Under the pieces are notes generated by a model. The model searched no databases. It was not told the DNA's origin and saw only the letters and a list, made by a program, of their open reading frames with translations. A program made the translations under genes and the position numbers. A stretch of DNA of 64,000 nucleotides from contig CAYNGY010000001.1 in the NCBI GenBank assembly GCA_964397195.1, forward strand, positions 134,586 through 198,585, read 5' to 3'. The number at the start of each line of letters is the position of its first letter. Positions within the stretch are counted from its first letter, which is position 1. The DNA comes from an uncultured Gammaproteobacteria bacterium (GTDB taxonomy: Bacteria; Patescibacteriota; Patescibacteriia; SBBC01; CAIJZX01). This document shows, one piece after another, positions 18,958-29,800 of this stretch.

Positions 18958-20212
18958 GGAAGCCGCCGCTGGTTCGGATTTCGAAGTGGAGGTGCGTGCC
19001 CGTCGAACGACCGGTCGAGCCGACCATAGCGATCGTTTGGCCTTTGGTCACGCGTTGACCATTATGAACAAAAATTTTACTGGCATGCCCGTAGAGCGTT
19101 TTGTAGCCGTTGCCATGATCAATAATGACGTGGAGCCCATATCCACTGCGGTTGTATGCGGCATACACAACTGTTCCGCTGGCGGCCGCGTAGATTGGTG
19201 AAGAGTAATCGCCGTCAATGTCGACGCCGGTGTGATATCGGCCGCGGTAGTATTGGTTGATGCGATGGCTGGAAGTCGGCCAAGCGAATTTCCCGCGCCC
19301 GAGCGGACCGCTTGGTGGAACAACGGTTGTGCTTGGTGGTGAGAATATCCCGCCCAGCAACGTTCGACGCGGGGTGACCGTCGGCACGGCGGCCGGCGGT
19401 TCACCGCCGGGAATAATAATTTCTTGCCCGACCTCAATCGCATCGGCGGCCGGTAAATCATTGGCGGTCAGAATTTCCTCGACGTCGCCTTTGTACTTTT
19501 TAGCGATAGCGGCGAGGGTGTCGCCTTTCTTGATGGTGTAGAGATAGCCGCTAAGGGGCGGAATTTTCAGGGACTGACCCGGTTTAATATAATCCGTCTC
19601 CGATAAGCCGTTCGCCCAAAGCACGGTCCGAATCGAAATCCCGAAGCGATCGGCGATGGTCGAAATAGTATCGCCATTCACGACGGTGTACGAGGTCGTT
19701 TCATCGCGGACGAGCGGATCGGACCCGTCGTCGGTATCCCCGATGTGATCTTGTCCGACCGCGGTGCTGGTTGTATTTTCCGTTGGCGTCAGGGCCAGGG
19801 CCGCGGTTGGCAATCCGCCGATGGCGAGCTGTGGAGCGCTCGTTAATTTTTTGGCCGGCGCGGTTTCGACAATCAGATCAGGCGTATCGCTCGACTGAAA
19901 CGAGGTCCAGATCGCGCCTTGGCCAACCTCGTCCGGTCGGATGGTCCGCGCAAATAGGTTGTTCCCGGCCACACTCACGCCCAAAACCACGAGGACGACA
20001 TAGAGCGAGTAACGCTGCATAAAATGGCCGACGTTCTCGATATCGGCGAAGATGGGACTTTTACGGGCGCGTTGCTTGAGCGGAACGTAGAGGCGATAGA
20101 GCGGCAAAATGGCCACCTGAAACAAAAAACGCCCGATCCATGCCGCCGGGCGACCAAGTCCGTATTGAAGTCCAAGACCGAAAAAACGGCCCAGCCCGCT
20201 GATGGCCGCCAA
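18935..20212 (-). CDS. Membrane-anchored LysM x2 plus M23 peptidase
   Basis: YTVVNGDTISTIA, YTIKKGDTL..IA, HTGVD, YGH and STGTHLHFE; start uncertain. Confidence 0.92.
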   Translation of the reverse strand: MAAISGLGRFFGLGLQYGLGRPAAWIGRFLFQVAILPLYRLYVPLKQRARKSPIFADIENVGHFMQRYSLYVVLVVLGVSVAGNNLFARTIRPDEVGQGAIWTSFQSSDTPDLIVETAPAKKLTSAPQLAIGGLPTAALALTPTENTTSTAVGQDHIGDTDDGSDPLVRDETTSYTVVNGDTISTIADRFGISIRTVLWANGLSETDYIKPGQSLKIPPLSGYLYTIKKGDTLAAIAKKYKGDVEEILTANDLPAADAIEVGQEIIIPGGEPPAAVPTVTPRRTLLGGIFSPPSTTVVPPSGPLGRGKFAWPTSSHRINQYYRGRYHTGVDIDGDYSSPIYAAASGTVVYAAYNRSGYGLHVIIDHGNGYKTLYGHASKIFVHNGQRVTKGQTIAMVGSTGRSTGTHLHFEIRTSGGFLNPLSFY

Positions 20213-20447
20213 GAGAGCGGTCGCACTACGAACAGCGAGCTGTTTAATGGAGAATGGAATAGCGAAGGTTCCGTATCCGATCGACCCGCACTCACGCCGT
20301 ACCCGTCACCGTGTGTGAGCAGAGAAAACGACCAAATTCAGCCAGAAAAGGCGACGAAGAATATACCATGTTGGAGGGATTTGGTCAATTGCGGCGCTTG
20401 CCTAAGGGGCGAAAATATTGGTATGCTCATACTCTTACCGATACGAT

Positions 20448-23279
20448 ATGGCCTCGAATTACGATCATCGCGACATTGAAGCGAAGTGGCAGCAACGCTG
20501 GACGGACGAACGAATTTTTTCTGCTGCTGAAAAACCCGGATCGAAAAAAGCCTACGTGCTCGACATGTTTCCGTATCCCTCAGGTGATGGGCTCCACGTC
20601 GGCCATCCGGAAGGGTATACCGCGACCGATATTTACTCGCGCTTCTTGCGGATGAACAACGTGTCGGTGCTCCACCCGATGGGCTGGGACGCCTTTGGCT
20701 TGCCGGCCGAGAACTACGCGATTAAGATGGGCGTCCACCCGGCTGAGGTGACCAACAAGAATATTGCCAACTTCAAGCGGCAAATCCAAAGTCTCGGATT
20801 TTCGTACGACTGGGATCGCGAGGTCAACACCACCGACCCGGCATACTACAAGTGGACCCAGTGGATTTCTCTTCAACTCTTCAAGCGTGGCCTGGCCTAC
20901 GAAAAAGAGTCGGCGATTTGGTGGTGTCCGAAAGATAAGACCGGATTAGCGAATGAAGAGGTGGTGAACGGGAAGTGCGATCGCTGTGGGACGACCGTGG
21001 AAAAGAAAATGCTGAAGCAGTGGATGTTAAAGATTACGGCCTACGCCGACCGACTGCTTGATGGGTTAGAGAAACTCGATTGGCCGGAGTCGATCAAGGC
21101 TCTCCAACGGAACTGGATTGGGAAGAGCGAGGGGGCGGAAGTCGACTTCATGATCGGTGACCAGAAAGTAACGGTATTCACCACTCGTCCGGACACGCTC
21201 TTCGGCGCGACGTATCTCGTGTTATCACCGGAACATGAACTTGTGCCGCAAATCACGGCGAAGGAGCAGAAAAAAGCTGTCGAGAAATATGTAAAATCGG
21301 TGGCGGCGAAATCTGATCTCGAGCGCACCTCGCTCGAGAAAGAAAAAACCGGTGTCTTCACCGGCGCGTATGCGATGAATCCGGTCAACAATGAAAAGAT
21401 CCCAGTGTGGATCGCGGACTACGTGCTGTCGAGTTATGGCACGGGAGCGATTATGGCCGTCCCGGCGCATGATGAGCGGGACTGGGAATTTGCGAAGAAG
21501 TTTGAACTACCGATTCGTCAGGTGATTGCACCATTCTATAAAAACACCACCGACCTCGCCGTGAAAGCAGGCGCGCCGGTGGTTCGCCGCCCGGTAGCCT
21601 ATGGAATAATCCATCGAAAACAAGACGACCATTACTTGTGTCTCCGCTGGAAAGAGCACGGCTGGGGCTCTTTCGTGACTGGCGGTATTGAAGCTAGCGA
21701 AAAACCAGTTGATGCAGCCAAGCGCGAGATTCTTGAAGAAGCCGGATACACACATGTGAAACACGTGTCCACCATCGATTGGCAGGTGCACACCGAATTT
21801 TTTGCCGCACACAAACAAGAGAACCGATATGGGATAGCGACTGGTGAGATATTCGAGTTGATTGACGATGAGAAAGTACCTATCTCTAGCGAAGAACAGG
21901 ACAAGCATGAGCTAGTATGGGTACCGGCGAACAAAGTGCGCGATTTCGTGACACACGGGAACGCGAAGTACATCTGGGATTGTTATCGAACCCCAAGTGC
22001 GTTCGTTGGCGAAGGGGTAGCCGTGAACTCGGGCGAAGTTAATGGCATGAATAGCGCCGACGCTCAAACTAAGCTTATTGAGAGTCTCTCTCAACAAGGA
22101 AAAGCGTCAGCCAAAACCCAATACAAACTTCGCGACTGGGTCTTTTCCCGTCAGCGCTACTGGGGCGAGCCGATCCCGTTGGTGCATTGTCAGAAATGTG
22201 GTGTCGTCGCCGTACCTGAAAACGAATTACCACTCAAGCTTCCCGACGTCGAAAAATATGAACCAACCGGGACTGGTGAATCGCCACTGGCTGGCATCAC
22301 CGAGTGGGTGAATACGAGCTGTCCGCAGTGCGGCGGTCCGGCGAAGCGCGAAACAAACACCATGCCGCAATGGGCTGGGTCGTGCTGGTACTATCTGCGG
22401 TATCTCGATCCGAAAAATGAAACCGCCCTAGCGAGTGCGGACGCCATGAAAACATGGCTCCCGGTCGATATGTATGTCGGTGGCGCCGAACACGCGGTGC
22501 TTCATCTCCTCTACGCCCGGTTCTGGCACAAGGTCTTGTTCGATGCGGGCGTCATCCCGGCCGAAGTCGGGGACGAGCCGTTCATGAAGTTAAAAAATCA
22601 GGGTTTGATTCTCGGTCCTGACGGCGAGAAGATGTCGAAGTCGCGGGGAAACGTCATTAATCCCGACGAATTAGTTGAGAAGTTCGGCGCTGACACGTTT
22701 CGGATGTATGAAATGTTCATGGGCCCGTTCGAAGACGCGAAACCGTGGGATACGAATGGGATGATTGGGGTGCGCCGATTCTTGGATAAAGTGTGGCGGG
22801 CCGCCGAGCGAGTTGTAGAAATACCGCCGAACGATCGATGGCACCGGTACGCAAAATCAATCACCGAATCAATCCCCCAGTTCCGACTCAACACCTGCGT
22901 CAGCGATTTGATGAAGTGGGTCAATGAATTCGGTCCGGGCGAAGTTTCGAAAGACGAATTTCAGGCGTTCTTAAAACTCCTAGCACCGTTCGCGCCGCAC
23001 ATCGCCGAAGAACTCTGGTCGCGATTAGGACATACCACATTGCTCATCACAGAGTCATGGCCGAGCTTTGATGTGCAAAAAATCACCGACGCCACTGCGA
23101 CGATCGTTATCCAAGTCATGGGGAAACTCCGCGGCACCATTTCCATGCCAGCGGGAACCGATCAAGCCACGGCTATCGCGGCAGCGAAAGCCGAACCGAA
23201 CGTGGCAAAATTTTTAACCAGGGAACCGAAGAAAACTATCTTCGTCAAAGACAAGCTGATAAATTTCGTGGTCTCATGA
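20448..23279 (+). CDS. leuS: Leucine--tRNA ligase with an inserted Nudix domain
   Basis: MFPYPSG.GLHVGH, VFTTRPDT, YGTGAIMAVPAHD.RD and KMSKS; Nudix box GGIEASEKPVDAAKREILEEAG. Confidence 0.98.
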   Translation: MASNYDHRDIEAKWQQRWTDERIFSAAEKPGSKKAYVLDMFPYPSGDGLHVGHPEGYTATDIYSRFLRMNNVSVLHPMGWDAFGLPAENYAIKMGVHPAEVTNKNIANFKRQIQSLGFSYDWDREVNTTDPAYYKWTQWISLQLFKRGLAYEKESAIWWCPKDKTGLANEEVVNGKCDRCGTTVEKKMLKQWMLKITAYADRLLDGLEKLDWPESIKALQRNWIGKSEGAEVDFMIGDQKVTVFTTRPDTLFGATYLVLSPEHELVPQITAKEQKKAVEKYVKSVAAKSDLERTSLEKEKTGVFTGAYAMNPVNNEKIPVWIADYVLSSYGTGAIMAVPAHDERDWEFAKKFELPIRQVIAPFYKNTTDLAVKAGAPVVRRPVAYGIIHRKQDDHYLCLRWKEHGWGSFVTGGIEASEKPVDAAKREILEEAGYTHVKHVSTIDWQVHTEFFAAHKQENRYGIATGEIFELIDDEKVPISSEEQDKHELVWVPANKVRDFVTHGNAKYIWDCYRTPSAFVGEGVAVNSGEVNGMNSADAQTKLIESLSQQGKASAKTQYKLRDWVFSRQRYWGEPIPLVHCQKCGVVAVPENELPLKLPDVEKYEPTGTGESPLAGITEWVNTSCPQCGGPAKRETNTMPQWAGSCWYYLRYLDPKNETALASADAMKTWLPVDMYVGGAEHAVLHLLYARFWHKVLFDAGVIPAEVGDEPFMKLKNQGLILGPDGEKMSKSRGNVINPDELVEKFGADTFRMYEMFMGPFEDAKPWDTNGMIGVRRFLDKVWRAAERVVEIPPNDRWHRYAKSITESIPQFRLNTCVSDLMKWVNEFGPGEVSKDEFQAFLKLLAPFAPHIAEELWSRLGHTTLLITESWPSFDVQKITDATATIVIQVMGKLRGTISMPAGTDQATAIAAAKAEPNVAKFLTREPKKTIFVKDKLINFVVS

Positions 23280-23836
23280 TTTCACTCCGCCAAGCCGCTC
23301 GAGCCTTACTCGCCGGTGAGATCATCGCTTTTCCGACGGAGTCGTTCTGGGCCCTTGGGGTCTTAGCCACTAAATCCGATGCAATCGATCGGCTCTTTCG
23401 GGCAAAGTACCGTGAAAAAAATAAGCCGATTGCCCTGATTGCCGCTAGCCGCGCCCAAGTCGAAGCGTTTTTTCATCTCTCCGCGACCGAAAAAGTCCTC
23501 GCTGACCGATTCTGGCCGGGATCGCTAACTATTCTTCTTAAGCCGAAAGCAAGCATTGCCGCCAAATCGCTTGGTGCACGGTATATTGGGGTCCGCGTTC
23601 CGGCCCACGCCGCTTCCCGGAAGCTCGCCGCCATCGCTGGCGCACCGATCACGGCCACGAGCGCGAACGAAAGCGGCCAACCAGCAACGAAATCCGGCCG
23701 CGTCGTCGCCCGCGCCTTTCCCGACATTGAGCGGCTCAGCGGTGCCTGCGGTCGTCAGCGCCTCCCATCGACCATTGTCCGTTTCCGCGGGCGGCACATG
23801 ACGCTTATCCGTCAGGGTGCCGTGCCGATGATCTGA
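23276..23836 (+). CDS. tsaC: L-threonylcarbamoyladenylate synthase (YrdC/Sua5)
   Basis: AFPTES, K.R...KP, FWPG.LT, GVRVP and TATSAN.SG. Confidence 0.93.
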   Translation: MISLRQAARALLAGEIIAFPTESFWALGVLATKSDAIDRLFRAKYREKNKPIALIAASRAQVEAFFHLSATEKVLADRFWPGSLTILLKPKASIAAKSLGARYIGVRVPAHAASRKLAAIAGAPITATSANESGQPATKSGRVVARAFPDIERLSGACGRQRLPSTIVRFRGRHMTLIRQGAVPMI

Positions 23837-23838
23837 GT

Positions 23839-25002
23839 ATGATGAATCGCCTGACCCACCACTTGCCGCACTATTTCAAGCACCGCCTCGGTCGGCAACT
23901 TGAAGAGCTCTATATTACTGTCGGGATACAGGACTTTGCGCTGGCGATGATGATCCTGTTCGAACCAGTCTACCTGTTTCAACTAGGCTACACCATCTCG
24001 CATATCGCCTGGTACTACGCCATCGTCTACGCCGCCTATATCCTCCTCATTCCGATTGGCGGGAAAGTTGTATCGCGCTACGGTCCGCAACGTGCCATCG
24101 CCGTCAGTACGTTTTTTCTTGTCGCCTATTACATTAGCGTGCTCCTGATTAGCGTCTCGGCGCCGATGTTCTGGGTGGCCCCGCTGTTACTGGCTCTCCA
24201 AAAAAGCTTCTATTGGCCGGGGTACCATACTGACTTCATCGCCACTTCGGATCAGGGCGACCGCGGAAAAGAGTACGCGGCGCTATATTCGGTCACGACC
24301 ATCATGTACATTATCGGTCCGATTATCGGCGGCGTTCTGATCAATGTCCTCGGTTTCGCGGCGCTGTTTATCGTCGGTTCGTTGCTAATCTTCGTCTCCA
24401 ACATCCCGCTCCTGATCGATCGCCCACAGTCCATCGCCTACCGCTATTCATACTGGGACGCATTTCGTCAGCCATTTACCAAACGTCACCGTCGCTCGGT
24501 TCTCGGCTACCTCGGATTTGGCGAAGGTGTGCTGTTAATGTATATTTGGCCGATCTTTTTGTATCAAACATTCAAAACAGTCCTCGACTTGGGTTGGCTC
24601 TCGGCCTTGGCGACACTCCTGACCACGTTGGTGACGCTGGCGGTGGGAAAACTTGTCGACAATGGACGATGGCGAATGGTCTGGCGGGCGGGCGGAGCCT
24701 TGGCGGCCGTCAACTGGGTGACGCGTTTGGCACTGAATGGAATTGGCGCAGTATTTGTGAGCGACACCATTGGAAAAGTTGCCGAAAACATGACCGTCGT
24801 GACATCCACGGATATCACTTATGAACGTGCGATTGCCGAACGCGATCCGTTACGCCGGGCGATGGTCTACGAACAAGGTCTTTCATTTGGAAAAGTTCTC
24901 GCCGCCACCCTCTTAGCTATTGCCGCCATGTTTTTTCCGGCCTTCCCCGCCGCCTTCATTATCGCCGGCATATTCTCACTCCTCTTTTTCATTTTTAAAT
25001 GA
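23839..25002 (+). CDS. MFS transporter
   Basis: About 12 TM segments; GGKVVSRYG and GKLVD loop motifs. Confidence 0.85.
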   Translation: MMNRLTHHLPHYFKHRLGRQLEELYITVGIQDFALAMMILFEPVYLFQLGYTISHIAWYYAIVYAAYILLIPIGGKVVSRYGPQRAIAVSTFFLVAYYISVLLISVSAPMFWVAPLLLALQKSFYWPGYHTDFIATSDQGDRGKEYAALYSVTTIMYIIGPIIGGVLINVLGFAALFIVGSLLIFVSNIPLLIDRPQSIAYRYSYWDAFRQPFTKRHRRSVLGYLGFGEGVLLMYIWPIFLYQTFKTVLDLGWLSALATLLTTLVTLAVGKLVDNGRWRMVWRAGGALAAVNWVTRLALNGIGAVFVSDTIGKVAENMTVVTSTDITYERAIAERDPLRRAMVYEQGLSFGKVLAATLLAIAAMFFPAFPAAFIIAGIFSLLFFIFK

Positions 25003-25814
25003 CCATTCCCGGCATTCAGAAACAGATTCGTGATTCCGGGCTGCAACCATCGCGAGCCGCTGGGCAACATTTTTTGCTTGATGAATCAGTGGTCGAGCGG
25101 ATGTGTGATGCCGCGAAGATCACCGCTAAAGATACGGTACTCGAGATTGGCCCCGGTTTCGGGATATTAACGAACGCACTTGTTGCTCGCGGAGCCAAGG
25201 TCATTTCTATTGAGCTCGATCAACGACTAGCCGCGTATATGCGTCGCACGATGAGCGCGGCGACGAACCTGACCGTGGTTGAAGGGGACGTGTTTCGCGT
25301 CCGCCTCGACGAATACGTCAAAGACTTCGGGTATAAACTCGTCGCCAACCTGCCGTATAGTTCAACCTCGCTCATTTTTCGACAGTTCCTGACCCGCGCA
25401 CCCCGTCCGACCGAAATGTGCGTCTTAATCCAAAGAGAAGTAGCTGAGCGGATCACCGCTCCAGCCGGTCAGCACAGTCTATTAAGTCTATCAGTCCAAT
25501 ATTACGGCCAACCGTCGGTCTTGTTTGAGGTTCCGAACACTGACTTCTACCCAGCCCCAGAGGTTACGTCGGCGGTACTTCAAGTCAAAAAAATTGCCGA
25601 TAAATCGCCAGAGTTAGCCAAAAAAATGTTTCGGCTAGCAAAAATGGGGTTCGCCGGGAAACGAAAACAGCTCAAAAAGTCGTTAGCCGCCGGTTTGCAC
25701 GAAGAAATGGCTAATGTTAGCCAAGTAATGCTTGAGTGTGGGATTGCGCCGGAAATTCGTCCACAGGAACTTGAAATTAATAGTTGGCTAACCTTAGCGG
25801 AGAAGCTGGGCTAG
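24999..25814 (+). CDS. rsmA: 16S rRNA m6,2A dimethyltransferase
   Basis: GQHFL.D, VLEIGPG.G.LT, VANLPY, QREVAER, F.P.PEV.S and F..KRKQL. Confidence 0.97.
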   Translation: MTIPGIQKQIRDSGLQPSRAAGQHFLLDESVVERMCDAAKITAKDTVLEIGPGFGILTNALVARGAKVISIELDQRLAAYMRRTMSAATNLTVVEGDVFRVRLDEYVKDFGYKLVANLPYSSTSLIFRQFLTRAPRPTEMCVLIQREVAERITAPAGQHSLLSLSVQYYGQPSVLFEVPNTDFYPAPEVTSAVLQVKKIADKSPELAKKMFRLAKMGFAGKRKQLKKSLAAGLHEEMANVSQVMLECGIAPEIRPQELEINSWLTLAEKLG

Positions 25815-25837
25815 CCGAGCCAGAAACCGATTTACAC

Positions 25838-25895
25838 TGTGGATAAGTTGTTAGCCTGTGGATTTGTTGACTTCTTGGGTTTTCTGTGCTATAGT
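25838..25895 (+). promoter_or_regulatory. DnaA-type boxes and promoter of the giant-protein/T4SS cluster
   Basis: TGTGGATAA (25838) and TGTGGATTT (25857); TTGACT(25867)-17-TGcTATAGT(25890). Confidence 0.75.
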
Positions 25896-25994
25896 AAGGC
25901 CACGTTTTCCCGAAGGAATGACGAAAAATACTGAACAATTCTACGTGTAGAAATCGGCGACTGAAATCGCCGCTTTTGCGTTAAAAACACATCC

Positions 25995-26831
25995 ATGGGT
26001 TGGGCCGGTCGAGTTACAAAAACGAGTGCTGATACGCTCGTCAAAATAGCATCTGGGGAGCAGCCGATTCGAGCGCTCGACGAGTCCAAAACAGCTTTTC
26101 GGATTGTGATTGGCATTTCGGCCATCACCATTCTCACCACCGGTGTATTTATGTGGCGCCTGATCGTCAATTCCGCCAAGCTGCCGGTCGCCAAGAAATC
26201 GAACACGAATGTCTCGTCGACGCTCGTGGCGCTCAAGGAAAAAGATACCGACGCCGACGGGCTCAACGACTACGAAGAGCTCTACGTCTACGGCAGCAGT
26301 CCATATCTCTTTTCATCAGCCAGTGATGGCGTTGCCGATGGTGAAAAAGTAAAGCAGGGTGTTAATCCAAATTGTCAGATCGGAAAATCATGTACAGTTC
26401 CGACGCTGACCGTTGGTACCAACTCCAACGGTGATACGAATAGTTCCGTCAGTGTCAGCTTCCTTCGTCAGGCCCTCGTCGCTTCTGGTGCCTCTGCCTC
26501 GGTAGTCCAAGCGGCTGATGACGCGACCATTCTTGAAATGTACGAGCAAGCAACGCAAAACGGTTCCAGCACAAACACCAACACCGCGGTGACCAACACG
26601 TCTACCACCAACACGAGTACAACGGGGAACACGAATGTGGCCAGCAACGCCAACTCGACGGTCACGAATACCTCGGACACGAGCAGCCTGACATACGCCG
26701 ATCTCGAATCTCTGTCCGGTGCCGAAATTCGTTCGTTACTGACCTCATACGGTATCGACGCTTCAAACCTCACGCAGGTTGATGACGCAACGCTCAAAGC
26801 AATTTTTTCCGAAGCCATTTCCGGCAACTAG
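25995..26831 (+). CDS. Membrane-anchored protein with thrombospondin type-3-like Ca-binding motif
   Basis: One TM segment, DTDADGLNDYEE.YVYGSSPY and DG..DGE, plus an N/T-rich linker; start uncertain (possible ATT at 26067). Confidence 0.8.
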   Translation: MGWAGRVTKTSADTLVKIASGEQPIRALDESKTAFRIVIGISAITILTTGVFMWRLIVNSAKLPVAKKSNTNVSSTLVALKEKDTDADGLNDYEELYVYGSSPYLFSSASDGVADGEKVKQGVNPNCQIGKSCTVPTLTVGTNSNGDTNSSVSVSFLRQALVASGASASVVQAADDATILEMYEQATQNGSSTNTNTAVTNTSTTNTSTTGNTNVASNANSTVTNTSDTSSLTYADLESLSGAEIRSLLTSYGIDASNLTQVDDATLKAIFSEAISGN

Positions 26832-26837
26832 ATTTTC

Positions 26838-29800
26838 ATGACTAAAACACGACGAGTTTTACGGAAACCAGTCATCGCCTTCATCGTTGGGGTGATTGCG
26901 CTTTCGTCGTTCAACGCCCAGCCGGTACGCGCATTATTTTTTATCCCTGAGGTAACCTTCAGCACGACAGTCCAAGATATTCCACGCTCGGTATCTGAGG
27001 CGGTGACGAAAGCGACCGATGCGGTTAAGGCCCGAGTCAAAGACTCAATCGCCATCGCCTTTAAGCAGGCGGCTCGTCAATTCCTTGGGAATGCCGTGCA
27101 ACAAATGGCACTCTCGCTTGCGACCACCCAGCCCGGACAGCTGCCACTTTTCTTACAAAGTCCGCGCACGTACCTCCGTGACGTGGCCGATGCGGCCGCC
27201 GGTGATTTCATCGACGGGTTTACCAAAGGTGTGACCGGCAGTTCGCAGTGTACCAGCCCCGACCCGGTCGTTCGTCAGCGCTGTCTCGAACAAACCGGCA
27301 CGACCGGCGGGAGCGATCCGACCAGTGGTCAACGTGGGCGATTTATCATCTCCCGTCTTTTGCGCGCCGGTTCCGACGCGACGTACCAAGCCTGTCTCCA
27401 AGGGGCACAGGAAAAGCATGGTATCGGGGACGCAAAAAAACTGACACTGACGTCGGTCCCGACCAACTCGATTACCAGCCTTGAAGACATGGATCGCTGG
27501 GGGAAATATACCAACGACTACCAGCGCGGGGTGGCGCTGCTGCTCAGCTTCAAAAAGTACTATCTCGACGTAGCCATTGCTTCCGGTGATCGGGAGATTA
27601 ACTGTATGCACGTCGCGCCACGGCCGGACGTGTCGACCGATCTACAGTGGGACATCGCGCCGGAAGCGTGTGTTGACTCGCCGTGCATGGTGACGCCGAC
27701 CGAGTGTTTGGCGCATGTCCAAGATGCCATCAACTACAACATCGCCGCCTCGCAAAAAGAAGAACAGGACGCACGGACGCAATGTAAGACCGGGCTGGGC
27801 GGTGACGTTCGAAATTATGTCACTCAAGCGACGGCGACCGATGTCTTCGCGGCCGCGGACAACTTTGATATTCGCACCTCGCCGAAACTCATTTCGGCGC
27901 GATTTCAGAATAATAGCGACATCAGTCAGTACTTCCAGGCCGCTGCGCTGTTAACATCGTCGGTCCAGTCAAAGTTGACTGGTGAGGATACCTATCTTAA
28001 TTCCGGGCTCCTGCCGCGGACCTCACGAGTCGGTGACAAAACGCTTGCCCCAAAAGAAGCGGCCTCGGCCCTCTTCGGTATTCCGTTCTACAACAACAAC
28101 GGTGAGTTAACGTATACCGGGACTGGCGCCGCCGACATTATTCGTGGCCTGGCGTCATTTGTGAACAGCCCGGTTGGAAAAGCACTCTTTACGTATTTCC
28201 GAAGCCAGTGTGGCTTGAACCCGAACGCCTGTAAGGGGCCGACGAATACGCAATCAGAAATTGGACGGATGCTCTTTGGTACTGGTGGGGCGACCGGGAT
28301 TGCGGCGGCGCAAGTCCAGTATGCCTCGATCGGTCAAACCGACACTATTACCGGTAGTCCGGGGAAAAATGACATTGATATCCTCGGCCAGCTGACCTCC
28401 TCGGGGATTATTGACCAAGCATTGCGCACCGCCGTCGACGAAGGTCTGACGGTCCAAGAAGCGCTGGACCGGAATTTGCTGAGCAAGAAGAAAATTGTTG
28501 GATTTGATCGGAATGGGATCGAGCCGACAAATGGCTATCCGTACCGGACGCTCCAATATCTCCGCAAGTACCGAATTATTTCGGTCGGGTGGGAACTCGC
28601 GGCGAAGTATGCCTATCAGTTTGCCTCCAATGAGCTCACCCTAGACACGCTAACGAAACAATATAGTCTCTGCGCCCAAGATACTGCCCATAAAGTCTGT
28701 TCTGACTCTCTCGTTGCCTGCACCGATTCGAGTCAATGTAATCAAGACGACGGTGAAACCTGCGGCGCGTCACCATACTGTGGCCTCGTCGATCCAAACT
28801 GGGTCCTGAAAGCACCGCAAACATTTTGCCGACGTCAGGGGGCGGGCGAAGAAATAGTCACCAAGGAATTTGTGTGTGACGTCAATAACGTCGACAAGAC
28901 TACCGGCGATGTTATTCCGACTGGCACGGTCTGCGACGACGGGACAAACGCGAATGCGGTCTGCCACGACACCGCCGCGCCGAACTGTGTTGAGAACGAG
29001 GACAACAATCAGTTTCCAGACATCGGACGCTGGGTTATTTCCCGCAACACCGACACCTGTGCCGATAGTCAATCATGTTTGGCTGAAGATGAAGACGGGA
29101 CATGTCTAGCCTATGGGTACTGCGTGCAAGAGCGTCAGACATTCAAATTTGGTGGGACGTCCTGCGAGGCTCAGAATATCAGCTGTACATCCTATACTGA
29201 TTCCTCCGGGGCAGCCGTCTCATACTTAGCAAAAAACCTCGACACGAATTGTAACGCCGACGATGTCGGATGTCAGTGGTACTGCGCCAAGCCGAGTTAT
29301 AATGACACCAATAAGCAGTGGCAGTGCACGGCGACCACCGGAACAAAAGTTCACCTAACCGCCAAGGCTGACGATTGTAAGGCCGGTGACGCTGGCTGTC
29401 GTCAGTTTATTCGTCTGACGCCGGGCACGAACTTCCTGCAAAATGGCGGCTTCGAATACTATAACGGGAATCGGATTGATGTCGATCCGGCCACCTTTAA
29501 TGGCTGGACCGCACCGGTGGCTCGCCTCACGCCAATCACGTCTACCGACAGCGACAACACGGTTGGCAACACCGTTGCCGCCCGGGCACAATTTACCCTG
29601 GCCTCGGACACGATCCGACAGACGGTGAACATCGGTGCATCCCCGAACGGTCGGGTTTTCACTTTCTCCCTTCGCGCACAAGCGGCGACCAGTTGTTCGG
29701 CGGAAATCACCCTTTGCACCGGGAGCGATTGCCAAACATCGGCCGTCCACCCGAGCGCCACGTTTACGGCGACACCGAGTTGGGAAACGTATGCGGTGAC

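Noticed and set aside
26560-26690. ACCAACAC-like DNA repeats
   Set aside because: Explained by the Thr/Asn-rich low-complexity linker of the encoded protein.
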